Positions 49,289-58,887 are shown, numbered from the stretch's first letter. The stretch is DNA of 64,000 nucleotides from an uncultured virus (IMG/VR IMGVR_UViG_3300042197_001533) (IMGVR_UViG_3300042197_001533); one strand, 5' to 3'. Numbers and translations are program-made. Notes: generated from the letters alone by a model not told the origin.

Positions 49289-49544
49289 AGGTTTTTTCTT
49301 TTAAGTCGTTCACGATGGATACGATGTTTGAGAATACGAAGCCAACTTCATCATCGCGTTCAAAGATTTCTTTCTCATCAACCACCTTAAGCATCGAATA
49401 AGTTTCCTTTACTATGCCTTGATATTTTAGTATCCAAGATTCATATTCATCTATCTTATCAGCAGCGAGATGTGTCGCCTTTATAAGAAAAACGTTAAGA
49501 ACAACCGATACTACCAATACCAATGATAAAATGATTACTGTCAT
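49191..49544 (-). CDS. Membrane-anchored hypothetical protein
   Basis: N-terminal hydrophobic helix; FERDDEVGFVF. Confidence 0.7.
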   Translation of the reverse strand: MTVIILSLVLVVSVVLNVFLIKATHLAADKIDEYESWILKYQGIVKETYSMLKVVDEKEIFERDDEVGFVFSNIVSIVNDLKEKTYAETQEEIKKDQDAREESLKKREFTTSGRFPV

Positions 49545-49672
49545 AAATCTTCGTCGTCGCCAGCAGAGAATTCTTCTAGGAACTCTCTAGCCTCGATTAT
49601 AGTGTCCCAGTCGGAATGTTTAATTCCCCGTTTAAGCAATTTTAAGACCTCTTCTATTTCTGTTTCGTTCAT
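49541..49672 (-). CDS. 43-aa hypothetical protein (below cutoff)
   Basis: MNETEIEEVLKLLKRGIKHSDWDTIIEAREFLEEFSAGDDEDL; ATGA overlap with the next gene; TTGACA upstream near 49790. Confidence 0.6.
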   Translation of the reverse strand: MNETEIEEVLKLLKRGIKHSDWDTIIEAREFLEEFSAGDDEDL

Positions 49673-49836
49673 AATATGAATTACATATCAAGAACATTTG
49701 AAAAGAATCGTTTAATTCTTAAACAGTCTAGCAAAATAATCGTGACGTCTTCGTTTCGATGTAACATTACTATTCAAATTACTAATTGTCAAATTATTTT
49801 TTGAAGTATTTTCCACGACCTCGCTTACATCAACTT

Positions 49837-50640
49837 CTAATTTTTTTTTTCAACCAACGGTTCTTCTTCGTCTGCGGTATTATAGGCTAACAAGAGACAG
49901 ATAGCCAGTGGGTCGAAGACTGTGATAATCAATACGATAAACCACTTCACGACCTTATCCATAGAAATGCCGGATTCGTCAGCAACGAACTTAAAAGTGA
50001 TTATGTCATTCTTGCCTAACTCGGATAACTTCAAGTCAGCAATGGATTTGTTTACAACATCTATGTCTTGATAGGATGTTTCCATCTTTTTATTTTCAGA
50101 CTCTATATTAGATTCACTCCTTGTTATCAACTCTACTGTCTGAGTCTGTAGTTCCTGTAATTGTATCGGATTCCTTGCAATCAGAGAATTCGTCATGGTC
50201 TGACTCAACCGAAGTTCTTGGGCCGCTCTCAAGTCATTTATGGTTACTATCCTAGATTTCGACAGCTCTATCTTTTTGTTTATATCAGACCGTTTAGACT
50301 CCAACAGTGAGATCTTCTCCAGAGATAACTTATTATCAAGTGAAGAACGTTGATAAGAAGCGGTCAAATACCCAAAAATTCCCAACGATGTTATGAACAT
50401 CAGAATCAAAACGCTGAGTGTCAGGTAGATTTTTAGATAGTTCTTTGTGGATTTCCAGTATTTAAACAGATAACTCGTGGAGACAAGTTTGCCTAACTCC
50501 AAGGATGCTGCCATTACCATTGCTGCTTCCTTTGAACCGGAAAAAAGCATGGCTATACCGACAATTGAGAAATATGCTGCAACAGCCGCTATAAAAAAGG
50601 ATATAGAAGCAACTAATCGTTTGAATGTGAAATGTTTCAT
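49837..50640 (-). CDS. Multi-pass membrane protein with coiled coil
   Basis: Three N-terminal hydrophobic helices (ITSLGIFGYL), coiled coil, C-terminal VFDPLAI.LL helix. Confidence 0.8.
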   Translation of the reverse strand: MKHFTFKRLVASISFFIAAVAAYFSIVGIAMLFSGSKEAAMVMAASLELGKLVSTSYLFKYWKSTKNYLKIYLTLSVLILMFITSLGIFGYLTASYQRSSLDNKLSLEKISLLESKRSDINKKIELSKSRIVTINDLRAAQELRLSQTMTNSLIARNPIQLQELQTQTVELITRSESNIESENKKMETSYQDIDVVNKSIADLKLSELGKNDIITFKFVADESGISMDKVVKWFIVLIITVFDPLAICLLLAYNTADEEEPLVEKKN

Positions 50641-50685
50641 ACTGTATCAATATAACTATCGACACAGCGAGGTAAAAACCTCTAA

Positions 50686-51351
50686 TTAAAAGGATTTCTG
50701 CTCCCTTTTCCACGCGTCATATTCTGACCGGCAGGCCAAATAATCGCCAGCGTGGACAACTCTTGGAAGATTTGTTTTCAACTCATTGTCTGGGTTGTAA
50801 CTCTTTAAGTATGAAGAAGCCGCCTCATGGTAAAGACCGTCCGACAATTTAATCGCAAGAGTCTCTTTCCATGTGCAGACAATCTGATGTTGTTGGAGGA
50901 TATACAACGCTCTATCAGTGACATCCATATACTGAAGGTTGGGGTTGAACTTAAAAATCTCACCACGGTTTTTTCTATGCCATTCACTGTCTTGAGGGAG
51001 ATAATATTCTCCTTGTTGTAAATCACCCAACTTTCCCAAGTCGTGATGCAACGCTGAAAATACCAATTCTTCGTCCGTGAAATCTATAGTGGCACCCATC
51101 GCTTCCCACAGTTTCTTTGTTCCAACTGCGGCGCGATACACATTCATAATGTGGTCAATATACCCGCCGACGTAGGCATTGTGGAAGTGTGCCTTTGCGG
51201 AAGCTGGGGCCATTACCAATCGGATACCGTAAGCATCCTCAGAATAGAGTTTACGGAGTCTATCCAACCTTTCGCCTGTGAAGGTCTTTTCGACCAAGGC
51301 CATGAACTTATCGTGAAGTTTTTGAAGATCCGACTCTGTGTATTCTTTCAT
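50686..51351 (-). CDS. HD-domain phosphohydrolase
   Basis: PAS....H..Y.GG..DH and LHHDLGK motifs. Confidence 0.85.
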   Translation of the reverse strand: MKEYTESDLQKLHDKFMALVEKTFTGERLDRLRKLYSEDAYGIRLVMAPASAKAHFHNAYVGGYIDHIMNVYRAAVGTKKLWEAMGATIDFTDEELVFSALHHDLGKLGDLQQGEYYLPQDSEWHRKNRGEIFKFNPNLQYMDVTDRALYILQQHQIVCTWKETLAIKLSDGLYHEAASSYLKSYNPDNELKTNLPRVVHAGDYLACRSEYDAWKREQKSF

Positions 51352-51387
51352 TTAAGAATGATACACCGATAACTGTATGTCACAAGT

Positions 51388-51561
51388 TTATTTATTACGG
51401 ATGTAATCTACCAATTTAATGCACTCGTCTGCTTTTGTGTTTATCTTCGCCATATCGAGATTTCCATCCTTGGCATACGGCATAGATATAGAAAGTATCT
51501 CTTCGAGATTTTTTCTAATCACACACTCAACAGATTCGTTCACTTGAATAGAGTCGTTCAT
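51388..51561 (-). CDS. 57-aa hypothetical protein (below cutoff)
   Basis: MNDSIQVNESVECVIRKNLEEIL...YIRNK fills the gap after the fibre gene. Confidence 0.5.
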   Translation of the reverse strand: MNDSIQVNESVECVIRKNLEEILSISMPYAKDGNLDMAKINTKADECIKLVDYIRNK

Positions 51562-51569
51562 AATTTGTA

Positions 51570-53102
51570 TTAAGTTTTAATCAAGTATCTAAAAGCAAAA
51601 TCGAATCCAGAAGAAGAAATGTCAGCATTTGTAGGACTTAGATTTCTGGGGACGTTTTCAATAAGTTCTTGACTTATAAAATCTCCCATATTTGGTATAA
51701 AAAATGTTGCGGCGATTGACGAGGTGAGGGATAGACTGCTGTTATTATAACCCGATATGGTTATGGAATTTTTTGACTGAGCTAATGATGCCGAAGGCAT
51801 ATCGTTGTAGGAACCGCTATACCTAATGACGCTGCACGTGAACGGAGCGTTATCCGGCAGGACTAACGTGGCCGGCACTTGATGTTCAATAGAAGCTGGC
51901 GAGGATTGTCGAAGATATCCAGTAGCAGATTGTAATGTTCTATTATCTGTCACCTTGAACATAGAACTATATGCTACATTAGAACTTCCCGTAAATGCAA
52001 CTATTGTATAATTGCCAAAAGAAAGAGAACTCGTGGTCACTGTAACACTTGGTTCGTATCTTACAATAGTATCATAAAATGAACTAGAATTCGTGCTTTG
52101 TTCTGATATTATGAATCTATAATTTCCTTCGGCTAGATTGTCGAATGATGCCGTTGGGGTCGCTGTGGATATAATTTTAACCGATGAAGTAGTGGCGCCG
52201 CCAATGGCGCCGCCTGCTATGCACGCTATTGTATAGATTCCTCCCACTACTTCCGTCACCGGAACAAACTGAACTCTTCCGTTATAACTTCTGTATAATA
52301 CTAAACGTCCACTGCTAAAAAAATTGTTTCCATGACGAACATAATAATACGTTTCCGAATAAGAATATACATACATCAATTGATTGAATGCTGTTCTCAC
52401 AGCATTGATGGTGAGTTCCGGGTAATATCCGAATTTTTTTCCCAATGAATTGTATAAATCCGCGTAATCAGAAACCAATACATCACTTCCATCACATAAC
52501 AAATATTCATCTGTCGCTACGATACTATCCGTCTCAATACCGGCATACAAAACCATATAACCGGTTTCTATTCCGTTAGACGCATAATTTGAAGTGTTAG
52601 ATGAAGATGCAAAACTGGAGCTTAAGGCATAAGAACTCAATTCAGCAAAGACGCCGCTGCCGGAAGCGAAACTCGCTGATATTGCGTATGATGAACTTAA
52701 AGAAGACGAACTATTAAGAGAAAAATTGCTTAAGTGTGAGTATGAGCTCGTAATAGCAAATATACCAGATCCGGATGCGTAATCCGCTCTTGTTGCATAT
52801 GAACAACTGGTGGCCCAGTCGCTTGAAGCAGCAATTACACCACTTCCACTGGCTGCATGGGAAAAACTTGAAGATATGCTCGAAGACGCCCAACTCGAAT
52901 TTGCTATGTGGTCTGAATATGACGATGTTATTGAATAACTAGAGGATTCTACCGATGAGGAAGCAGCTATCACGGTGGATAGATACCCCCACGATACACT
53001 CTTAGACTCGGACACGGGCGATACGTCCTGAACTAAAAACAAATCTTCCGAAGAAATTTGTCCATCAAGACTATTGAGTTCTGATATTCTCTTGTTTGCC
53101 AT
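51570..53102 (-). CDS. Tail fibre with tail-collar domain
   Basis: MANKRISEL N-terminus, SSYA repeats, G.MVLYAG...YLLCDG.....DYADLY..LG collar motif. Confidence 0.8.
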   Translation of the reverse strand: MANKRISELNSLDGQISSEDLFLVQDVSPVSESKSVSWGYLSTVIAASSSVESSSYSITSSYSDHIANSSWASSSISSSFSHAASGSGVIAASSDWATSCSYATRADYASGSGIFAITSSYSHLSNFSLNSSSSLSSSYAISASFASGSGVFAELSSYALSSSFASSSNTSNYASNGIETGYMVLYAGIETDSIVATDEYLLCDGSDVLVSDYADLYNSLGKKFGYYPELTINAVRTAFNQLMYVYSYSETYYYVRHGNNFFSSGRLVLYRSYNGRVQFVPVTEVVGGIYTIACIAGGAIGGATTSSVKIISTATPTASFDNLAEGNYRFIISEQSTNSSSFYDTIVRYEPSVTVTTSSLSFGNYTIVAFTGSSNVAYSSMFKVTDNRTLQSATGYLRQSSPASIEHQVPATLVLPDNAPFTCSVIRYSGSYNDMPSASLAQSKNSITISGYNNSSLSLTSSIAATFFIPNMGDFISQELIENVPRNLSPTNADISSSGFDFAFRYLIKT

Positions 53103-53128
53103 GTATCTTTAAATAAGTATTGTCTAAG

Positions 53129-54616
53129 TCACCTTTTAACGTTGTAATAAAATGCGCTTCCTGATGGACCCATATTTGTTCCGTAGACAATTGTTCCGTC
53201 CGGATAAGACCCTGTTATATATGCGGCAACGGCATATGACATACTTATGTTATAGTTTGCTGGACCGGAGGAGGTTATCTGAGAAAAGTTTCTATTTATT
53301 GATGAGTTGTATGGCCCAGATCCACCCGACGAAGTGGGTAAATTTGTTGTGATTTTCGGCAATCGGTCAGAAATCACTCCGTCAGTAAATTTTGATCCAA
53401 AAGATGATGATAAGGATGGGTATAGAGATTGACTATAACTTCTACCATCACAATTAAACCAATTATTAGATCCGCTCAAAAATACGCCAGCATATATAAG
53501 TATCATTCCCGGTAGAGGTCCGTTTGAAGATGTTAACGCCACTCGACTTCGATTCGCCCAAGTCGCTGTCACTGACATAGATGATGATATAGCGGATATT
53601 CCAGAACCACTGCCGTTAGACGCAAATCTAGCGAGGGATGATGATATGCTGCTCAGTGAATGGTTTGAAAGAGCTGAAGATGTCGTTGTTAAACTTGCTG
53701 ATATGGCCCAAATATTTGGTCCTGAGGCATTTTGGGCGCCGCCTGGAGAAAAATAAATAAATTCGCTGTAATACAAAGTCGGTGTTGGATTATACGGTAT
53801 TGTCACACCAAATCTTAGACTTCTATCAACCGAATCCAATTTAGACACTTCAAATTCATATGAGTTTGACGGTAATCCGAAGTAAGTTACTGCATTAGAC
53901 GAAGGGGATATTACTCTGGAACCAAGTATGTCTGTGTAAGTTATAGGTTTAATAACATATGAATTTCCAACCGGCGCACGGACACGTATACTCATCGTGG
54001 CATTGCCTACAGGCGAAGTTAAAATGTTAAGCGTATCACCGCTGAATGTAATCTCTAGTAGATCTCTATGTGTGAAAGAGTAACTTGATGACACTGCGAA
54101 ACTGCTTGACCAAGCAAAAACTGCGCTGCCGCTGGCGACGTGAGAATATGAAGAATTTGTAACAAATTGAGATGTGTCTACACCTGATCTTGGATATTCA
54201 TAAACCTGTGCAGTCACGGCTGCCAATGAAGTTCCTGTAATGGCCACGTTAACCGCGCCGGCAGTGAATCTCCCCGAATCCGTGAGTGTTTGAAGCACAT
54301 TGACCAAACTCGTGTCGTTCACACCTTTTATCCAAGAATATTCTTTTCCAATCGTAAGTCCTGTTAGCTGATAAAAGCCTGGAAAATTATAGGATACAGA
54401 ACCTATCAAATTTGGAGCCAGTCGTTCATTTAAGGAGATTGAGGATGTTAACGCATAACTGGAAGATAGAAATATGGTCCCATCCAACGCATCCGACAAA
54501 TCTCCCAACGGGACTGCATGGGTGGTAAGTTCACTTTTATCGACGACCACGAATAAATCCGCAGAGTCGATAGAATTGCTTATCGGAGTTAAATTGTGGA
54601 GCTGACGATTTGACAT
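53129..54616 (-). CDS. Tail fibre with tail-collar domain
   Basis: MSNRQLHNL...DLFVVVD N-terminus, PGMILIYAG...WFNCDG.SY....YP.L collar motif. Confidence 0.8.
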   Translation of the reverse strand: MSNRQLHNLTPISNSIDSADLFVVVDKSELTTHAVPLGDLSDALDGTIFLSSSYALTSSISLNERLAPNLIGSVSYNFPGFYQLTGLTIGKEYSWIKGVNDTSLVNVLQTLTDSGRFTAGAVNVAITGTSLAAVTAQVYEYPRSGVDTSQFVTNSSYSHVASGSAVFAWSSSFAVSSSYSFTHRDLLEITFSGDTLNILTSPVGNATMSIRVRAPVGNSYVIKPITYTDILGSRVISPSSNAVTYFGLPSNSYEFEVSKLDSVDRSLRFGVTIPYNPTPTLYYSEFIYFSPGGAQNASGPNIWAISASLTTTSSALSNHSLSSISSSLARFASNGSGSGISAISSSMSVTATWANRSRVALTSSNGPLPGMILIYAGVFLSGSNNWFNCDGRSYSQSLYPSLSSSFGSKFTDGVISDRLPKITTNLPTSSGGSGPYNSSINRNFSQITSSGPANYNISMSYAVAAYITGSYPDGTIVYGTNMGPSGSAFYYNVKR

Positions 54617-54642
54617 TACTTATTACTGATAAGTATGAAATC

Positions 54643-55377
54643 TCAGTCCTTTTTGGATTCTTTTTTGATCTTTTTGATGATAAACTTCACCAACTTCGAC
54701 CTAACGATGTCGTCCTCATCGAATGTAAATGTATAAATTCCGTTTTCTTTACTATCATCATCGTTGAAGGTATCAAACATTTTCTTGAATCCACTTTTAA
54801 GACCTATGTCCGTTTGGTCGGTATCACCGAGGACAAATATCTTACTAAATTCTCCTACGCGGGTAATCAATGTCAACAGTTCCTTCGGAGTCATGTTCTG
54901 TGCTTCGTCGGCTACAATAGCCTTGGCATTCCAGTTCAATCCCCTAAGAAATCCAACTGGAACGGATTCTACACGACCCTCTAATTGAAGCGCACGAACC
55001 TCGGACGCGGGCAACAATTCATCCAACTTGTCGATAAGAGGTTGGAGATATGGAGCCATTTTCTCATTACATTCTCCGGGAAGAAATCCCAATTTGCTGT
55101 CACTGCTTTCGACCGCACTTCGTATATACATGAGGTCACTGACCCTCTTCTCGTTCATAAGCTTCAACGAGGCCAATACGGATAGATAGGTCTTTGCGGT
55201 TCCTGCTGGACCAGAGACGAAAATCATCTTTACATCCCGGTTAAGAGCAAGAGATAGAAACTCCTTTTGTTTTTCTGTTAGAGGTTGTTTTTCTAAAATT
55301 GTAAGACCGCTTTTTATCTTAGATTTTTGAGGAATGACGGGGCTTGTGTCTTGCTTCCGCCGGTTTTTATTTTTCAT
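54643..55377 (-). CDS. phoH: PhoH-family ATPase
   Basis: GPAGTAKT, LGFLPG, RG, DEAQN, TRVG, GD..Q.D, DIVRS. Confidence 0.95.
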   Translation of the reverse strand: MKNKNRRKQDTSPVIPQKSKIKSGLTILEKQPLTEKQKEFLSLALNRDVKMIFVSGPAGTAKTYLSVLASLKLMNEKRVSDLMYIRSAVESSDSKLGFLPGECNEKMAPYLQPLIDKLDELLPASEVRALQLEGRVESVPVGFLRGLNWNAKAIVADEAQNMTPKELLTLITRVGEFSKIFVLGDTDQTDIGLKSGFKKMFDTFNDDDSKENGIYTFTFDEDDIVRSKLVKFIIKKIKKESKKD

Positions 55378-55675
55378 ACTTTTTTAGTAATTTGACATTA
55401 ACACGTTTCACTCTATTACAGAGTTCGTATTTTTCTTCATCAACGTAAAACTTGTAGATGTTCTCTACGTTTTCTAAAAAACACTCGCCACTCAGAGTCA
55501 CAATGAAATCGGAACCTTTGAAAGAAAACACTTCAACTGATTCCAAACCATTCTCCAGAGAATACTCGATTGAATCCAAAATCTGCTCCATCATCTTAAT
55601 CTTGTTTTTAGACAGATAGACTTTAAGTTCCGAATCGTCCGAAGGTAACTTCAAAGATTTATACGATGTAGCCAT
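55367..55675 (-). CDS. Hypothetical protein (start revised to MATSYK)
   Basis: Late-type motif at 55691-55697; EEKYELC C-terminal motif. Confidence 0.7.
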   Translation of the reverse strand: MATSYKSLKLPSDDSELKVYLSKNKIKMMEQILDSIEYSLENGLESVEVFSFKGSDFIVTLSGECFLENVENIYKFYVDEEKYELCNRVKRVNVKLLKKYEK

Positions 55676-55735
55676 ATTTCTAACTACCAAATAAATATCA
55701 CATAAAGGACCTAATCAATGACTTTACTGCAAAAT

Positions 55736-55771
55736 AAAATCACCGAGGCGGTTGATTTCCTCGGTGATTTT
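55736..55771 (-). terminator. Rho-independent terminator
   Basis: 13-bp inverted repeat AAAATCACCGAGG/CCTCGGTGATTTT followed by T-rich sequence on the minus strand. Confidence 0.8.
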
Positions 55772-55788
55772 CATAAAGAAATGTCGTC

Positions 55789-56004
55789 TTAGTAGACTCG
55801 ATGACGTTTCTCATCCTTTTCCGAAATCTCAACCCGAGAGGTTGGATCCCACTTGGAGACGAGTCCTTGCCAGTAGCCGTATTCTGTTCCGGCTTGTTCT
55901 TGGTTTGTGTATTCTAACTCAGAGACGCGTTTTCTATCACGTAGAACGACGAATCTTGTTGGTTTGGTTAACTTGACCTTGTTTTTTGGTGTAGTATCTG
56001 TCAT
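55789..56004 (-). CDS. Hypothetical protein
   Basis: 71-aa ORF in a minus-strand string of small genes. Confidence 0.7.
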   Translation of the reverse strand: MTDTTPKNKVKLTKPTRFVVLRDRKRVSELEYTNQEQAGTEYGYWQGLVSKWDPTSRVEISEKDEKRHRVY

Positions 56005-56010
56005 ACGTTT

Positions 56011-56295
56011 TTAATCTTCACATCTTTTGTTGTGAATGTCAACATCTTTGATTACATTTAAAATCTCGTTTATCGCAGATGCATAAGTGTTCGCAAGATC
56101 CGCCGAAGTCAAATGGCTTCGGCCTGTGACGGAATTAGAAATGACCTCGATTTTATCAAGGGCCTTTACAAGTTTGTTTTTTGCCCGGCGTTCTGCTGCA
56201 ACAAAACTCTTCGGAACCAAGTGTTCAAATTCCGGTTCAGTCTCCGGAGTCTTGAAATCATCTTCATCCATGTAATAACGTTTTTGGTTTTTCAT
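56011..56295 (-). CDS. Hypothetical protein
   Basis: 94-aa ORF in the same string. Confidence 0.65.
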   Translation of the reverse strand: MKNQKRYYMDEDDFKTPETEPEFEHLVPKSFVAAERRAKNKLVKALDKIEVISNSVTGRSHLTSADLANTYASAINEILNVIKDVDIHNKRCED

Positions 56296-56557
56296 TTGAT
56301 TTGTTTGTTAAAAACTCCACAAGTTCATCTTTACTCTTTACGGTCAATACAATTTCATCAGCCCATAAATTTCCCGTCGTAAACAGCCTCCATGCCCACC
56401 GGAAACGTTCTTTCCAGGATAATGGTTTTGTGGCATTACCGTAACTCCAGATGGAAAGATTGTATTGGTCAAACTCCGTATCATGTTCTACTTCAACAGC
56501 ATGTCCATAACAGGCACACTTGATGAATAATGTTCTCGATTTTTGGTCTTTAGTCAT
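56264..56557 (-). CDS. Hypothetical protein (start uncertain, 56557 or 56638)
   Basis: CxC..H motif; WKERFRWAW. Confidence 0.6.
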   Translation of the reverse strand: MTKDQKSRTLFIKCACYGHAVEVEHDTEFDQYNLSIWSYGNATKPLSWKERFRWAWRLFTTGNLWADEIVLTVKSKDELVEFLTNKSNEKPKTLLHG

Positions 56558-56928
56558 ACACTTTTTATATTTATTGATACTATGAATTCGTATCCTCGTC
56601 ACGGCTTGATTGATAGAATTCTTCACATAGTTCTCCACTCACGCTGTATAATACGTATATCATACAAATTCATAACTGGCAAGATTTTATACCGAGATTT
56701 TTGTAACCGATTGAAGTTTTTCAGAGACGGAATAATCCGTTCGTTTCTTTGGAAATAAATTGAAAGTATTTTGACCACGGGAACGTCTCGTCCCATCCAA
56801 GAGCTTACACATTCAAGGTAGCAGCCTATCACGGTAATTCGGTTAAACTTAATAACTTACTGTTTCGCGTGAGTATTCGTATATGAAATATGACGAATAT
56901 ATAGTAGTTCTTCACAGGTAACTTTCAA

Positions 56929-57312
56929 GGTGGAGATGTCGGGAGTCGAACCCGAGTCCTTAAAACTAACTTCACCCAAGACTACACGTTTATGGTTTTT
57001 GTTTTTTCGAGAAGGTGATACTAAAACCCGAAAGTTCCTCTTCCTTAGATTTGTATTATTTCAACCCACCAACCAAATCAAATGGTGTGTCTAACACGAT
57101 AAGTAGCGTAACATGAAAATACCGTGTATCAATCCATGTTACGGGTAACCTAATTAGGCTACGGCGTATTCGGCCTCGACACCTTCTGGTGTGAAGTCGT
57201 ATGCGATTACGTTTTTAGCGTTTATCTTTTTGATAGATTTTTAAAGAAGCCAACTATCATCTTCTACGTGCCCTAAATGTCGCTTATATTAAGTCGAAAC
57301 CAGTGCATCCCC
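56929..57312 (-). ncRNA. ssrA: tmRNA (SsrA); tag (A)AKNVIAYDFTPEGVEAEYAVA at 57219-57154
   Basis: 5' GGGGATG...TTCGAC; 3' GGACTCGGGTTCGACTCCCGACATCTCCACC. The acceptor stem has the G3:U alanine determinant; ATAAAC precedes the GCT resume codon; 384 nt long. Confidence 0.95.
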
Positions 57313-57369
57313 AATAGTATTCAAAGAACTAACCAATCCTAACATCTATAAGTAGGAAGTCAATCAGAA

Positions 57370-58866
57370 TTAATTGTATCCTCGGAGAACTTTCATCACT
57401 TTATCTAAAGACAAATTTTTAAAAACCAAATCCTCTCTTGAGTTTTGACCTGGTACTCCGAAGTTGAAATTCATTTTTACAGAAAATTTGTTGAAAGTGT
57501 CGTTCTCTGGCATAACCATAGCAGAATAATAATCCGAAGGACCTTTTTTTCCTTCTGGGGTAGTGATTAACAAAAATCCTCCGAACCTGCCGCCGTGAAT
57601 CTTTTCCACCCAAAAATTGTCCGTATCTTTTGGGTCTAAGTATTTGCTTGTGGATATATTCTTCCCACCGAAATCCTGTGAAGCCCGAATTTTAGATAAA
57701 ATTGATTGGGTCGTTAGTGAAGATGTTTTATCACTTTCCCTCAACTTCCCCATCCGGACATCCCTATCGTGGGGTTTCTCCCCCATCGGAGGTTCGGTCG
57801 GACAGCTTGGCATATGATGGACCAATCCGCTCATGGGCATTCTATAACGAGTTTCGCTTGGAAGTATTTCACGTTTGCATCTAAAACACATATCTTTATT
57901 AGCCTCTCCCTCAAACTCTTTTAATAGATCATTTTTGGTAGAATTAGTTGGTAATGTGTGTCCACATGAACTACAAGACTTTGTTCCCTCAATATCATTA
58001 TGAATCGAGGTTTCTCCATAAGTTCCTTTTTTACACCTTACACATTTCTTACCAGTTATATCAATCGTCTTTTCTGGTTTCACTTCTGGCTTAGGCATTG
58101 TGAATGATTGTATCTCGTTCACGAGGTCCCAAAGATTCTTTCCCATCACGTCATCATACACCGCAGAATCAATTTTATCCCATTGTTCATCCGTTGGTGA
58201 CGGTGTGACACTTTCGATTTCGACATCAACTGACGTCTCATCAACTTCTGAATGAAATTCTCCGTGCGGTTGTGGTGTTCCGACTACGTTACCGGATACG
58301 GTTGCTTCATAGTCAAAATCCGACCCGTCTACATTGACCGTGCCTTTAACGGTTTTTGAAAAGTGTTCCACATCTTCTTTTATCTGACCCGCAGCCAACT
58401 TCTGATTCAACTCAGCAGCAACCGCTTTTGCCCGACCTTCATCATAATACTCCATACCAATCGGAGTCTCTTCATATTCGTCACCCATAGGGTCAGATGT
58501 CACCCGAACCACTTGATAAACAATCTCACGTTCGGCATCTGGGTCCCGACTTCCTCTTGATAGGTCTTCTCGGTTTACAAAGAAATGAGTTTTCTTGCCG
58601 TTCGATGGCTGTCCACCGACGTTTTCTGACAAGTTATACATCTGTCTAAAATAATTGTATCCGTAAACAATATCTCCGGCGAAAGAGTATACACCAATAT
58701 CTCTACGTCCATCAGCGTAAGTCGCCCACACATACTCAAATTTCTTATCACCCATCATAAACGGTTTTTCTCCGTTCATCTGTCTCAAGTAGGTCACATA
58801 CTGTTCTCCTGTGTCAACTTCGTTCAAACATTGACGGATAAGTTTTTTCAAAATGCCTTGTTTCAT
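57370..58866 (-). CDS. Modular hypothetical protein with MKQGILKKLIRQCLNE leader
   Basis: 498-aa ORF containing two Cys/His zinc-ribbon-like segments. Confidence 0.8.
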   Translation of the reverse strand: MKQGILKKLIRQCLNEVDTGEQYVTYLRQMNGEKPFMMGDKKFEYVWATYADGRRDIGVYSFAGDIVYGYNYFRQMYNLSENVGGQPSNGKKTHFFVNREDLSRGSRDPDAEREIVYQVVRVTSDPMGDEYEETPIGMEYYDEGRAKAVAAELNQKLAAGQIKEDVEHFSKTVKGTVNVDGSDFDYEATVSGNVVGTPQPHGEFHSEVDETSVDVEIESVTPSPTDEQWDKIDSAVYDDVMGKNLWDLVNEIQSFTMPKPEVKPEKTIDITGKKCVRCKKGTYGETSIHNDIEGTKSCSSCGHTLPTNSTKNDLLKEFEGEANKDMCFRCKREILPSETRYRMPMSGLVHHMPSCPTEPPMGEKPHDRDVRMGKLRESDKTSSLTTQSILSKIRASQDFGGKNISTSKYLDPKDTDNFWVEKIHGGRFGGFLLITTPEGKKGPSDYYSAMVMPENDTFNKFSVKMNFNFGVPGQNSREDLVFKNLSLDKVMKVLRGYN

Positions 58867-58887
58867 AGTGGTAATATTAAATAGAGC

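Noticed and set aside
51570..54616. Diversity-generating retroelement acting on the fibre genes
   Set aside because: No reverse transcriptase in the window, and I saw no template/variable repeat pair differing at adenines.
56623..56832. 69-aa ORF downstream of the tmRNA
   Set aside because: GTG start, no motif and no clear promoter; left unannotated for lack of support.
56929..56975. Stand-alone tRNA gene
   Set aside because: The T-arm and acceptor strand pair with a 5' end about 380 nt away, with a tag ORF in between, so this is tmRNA.
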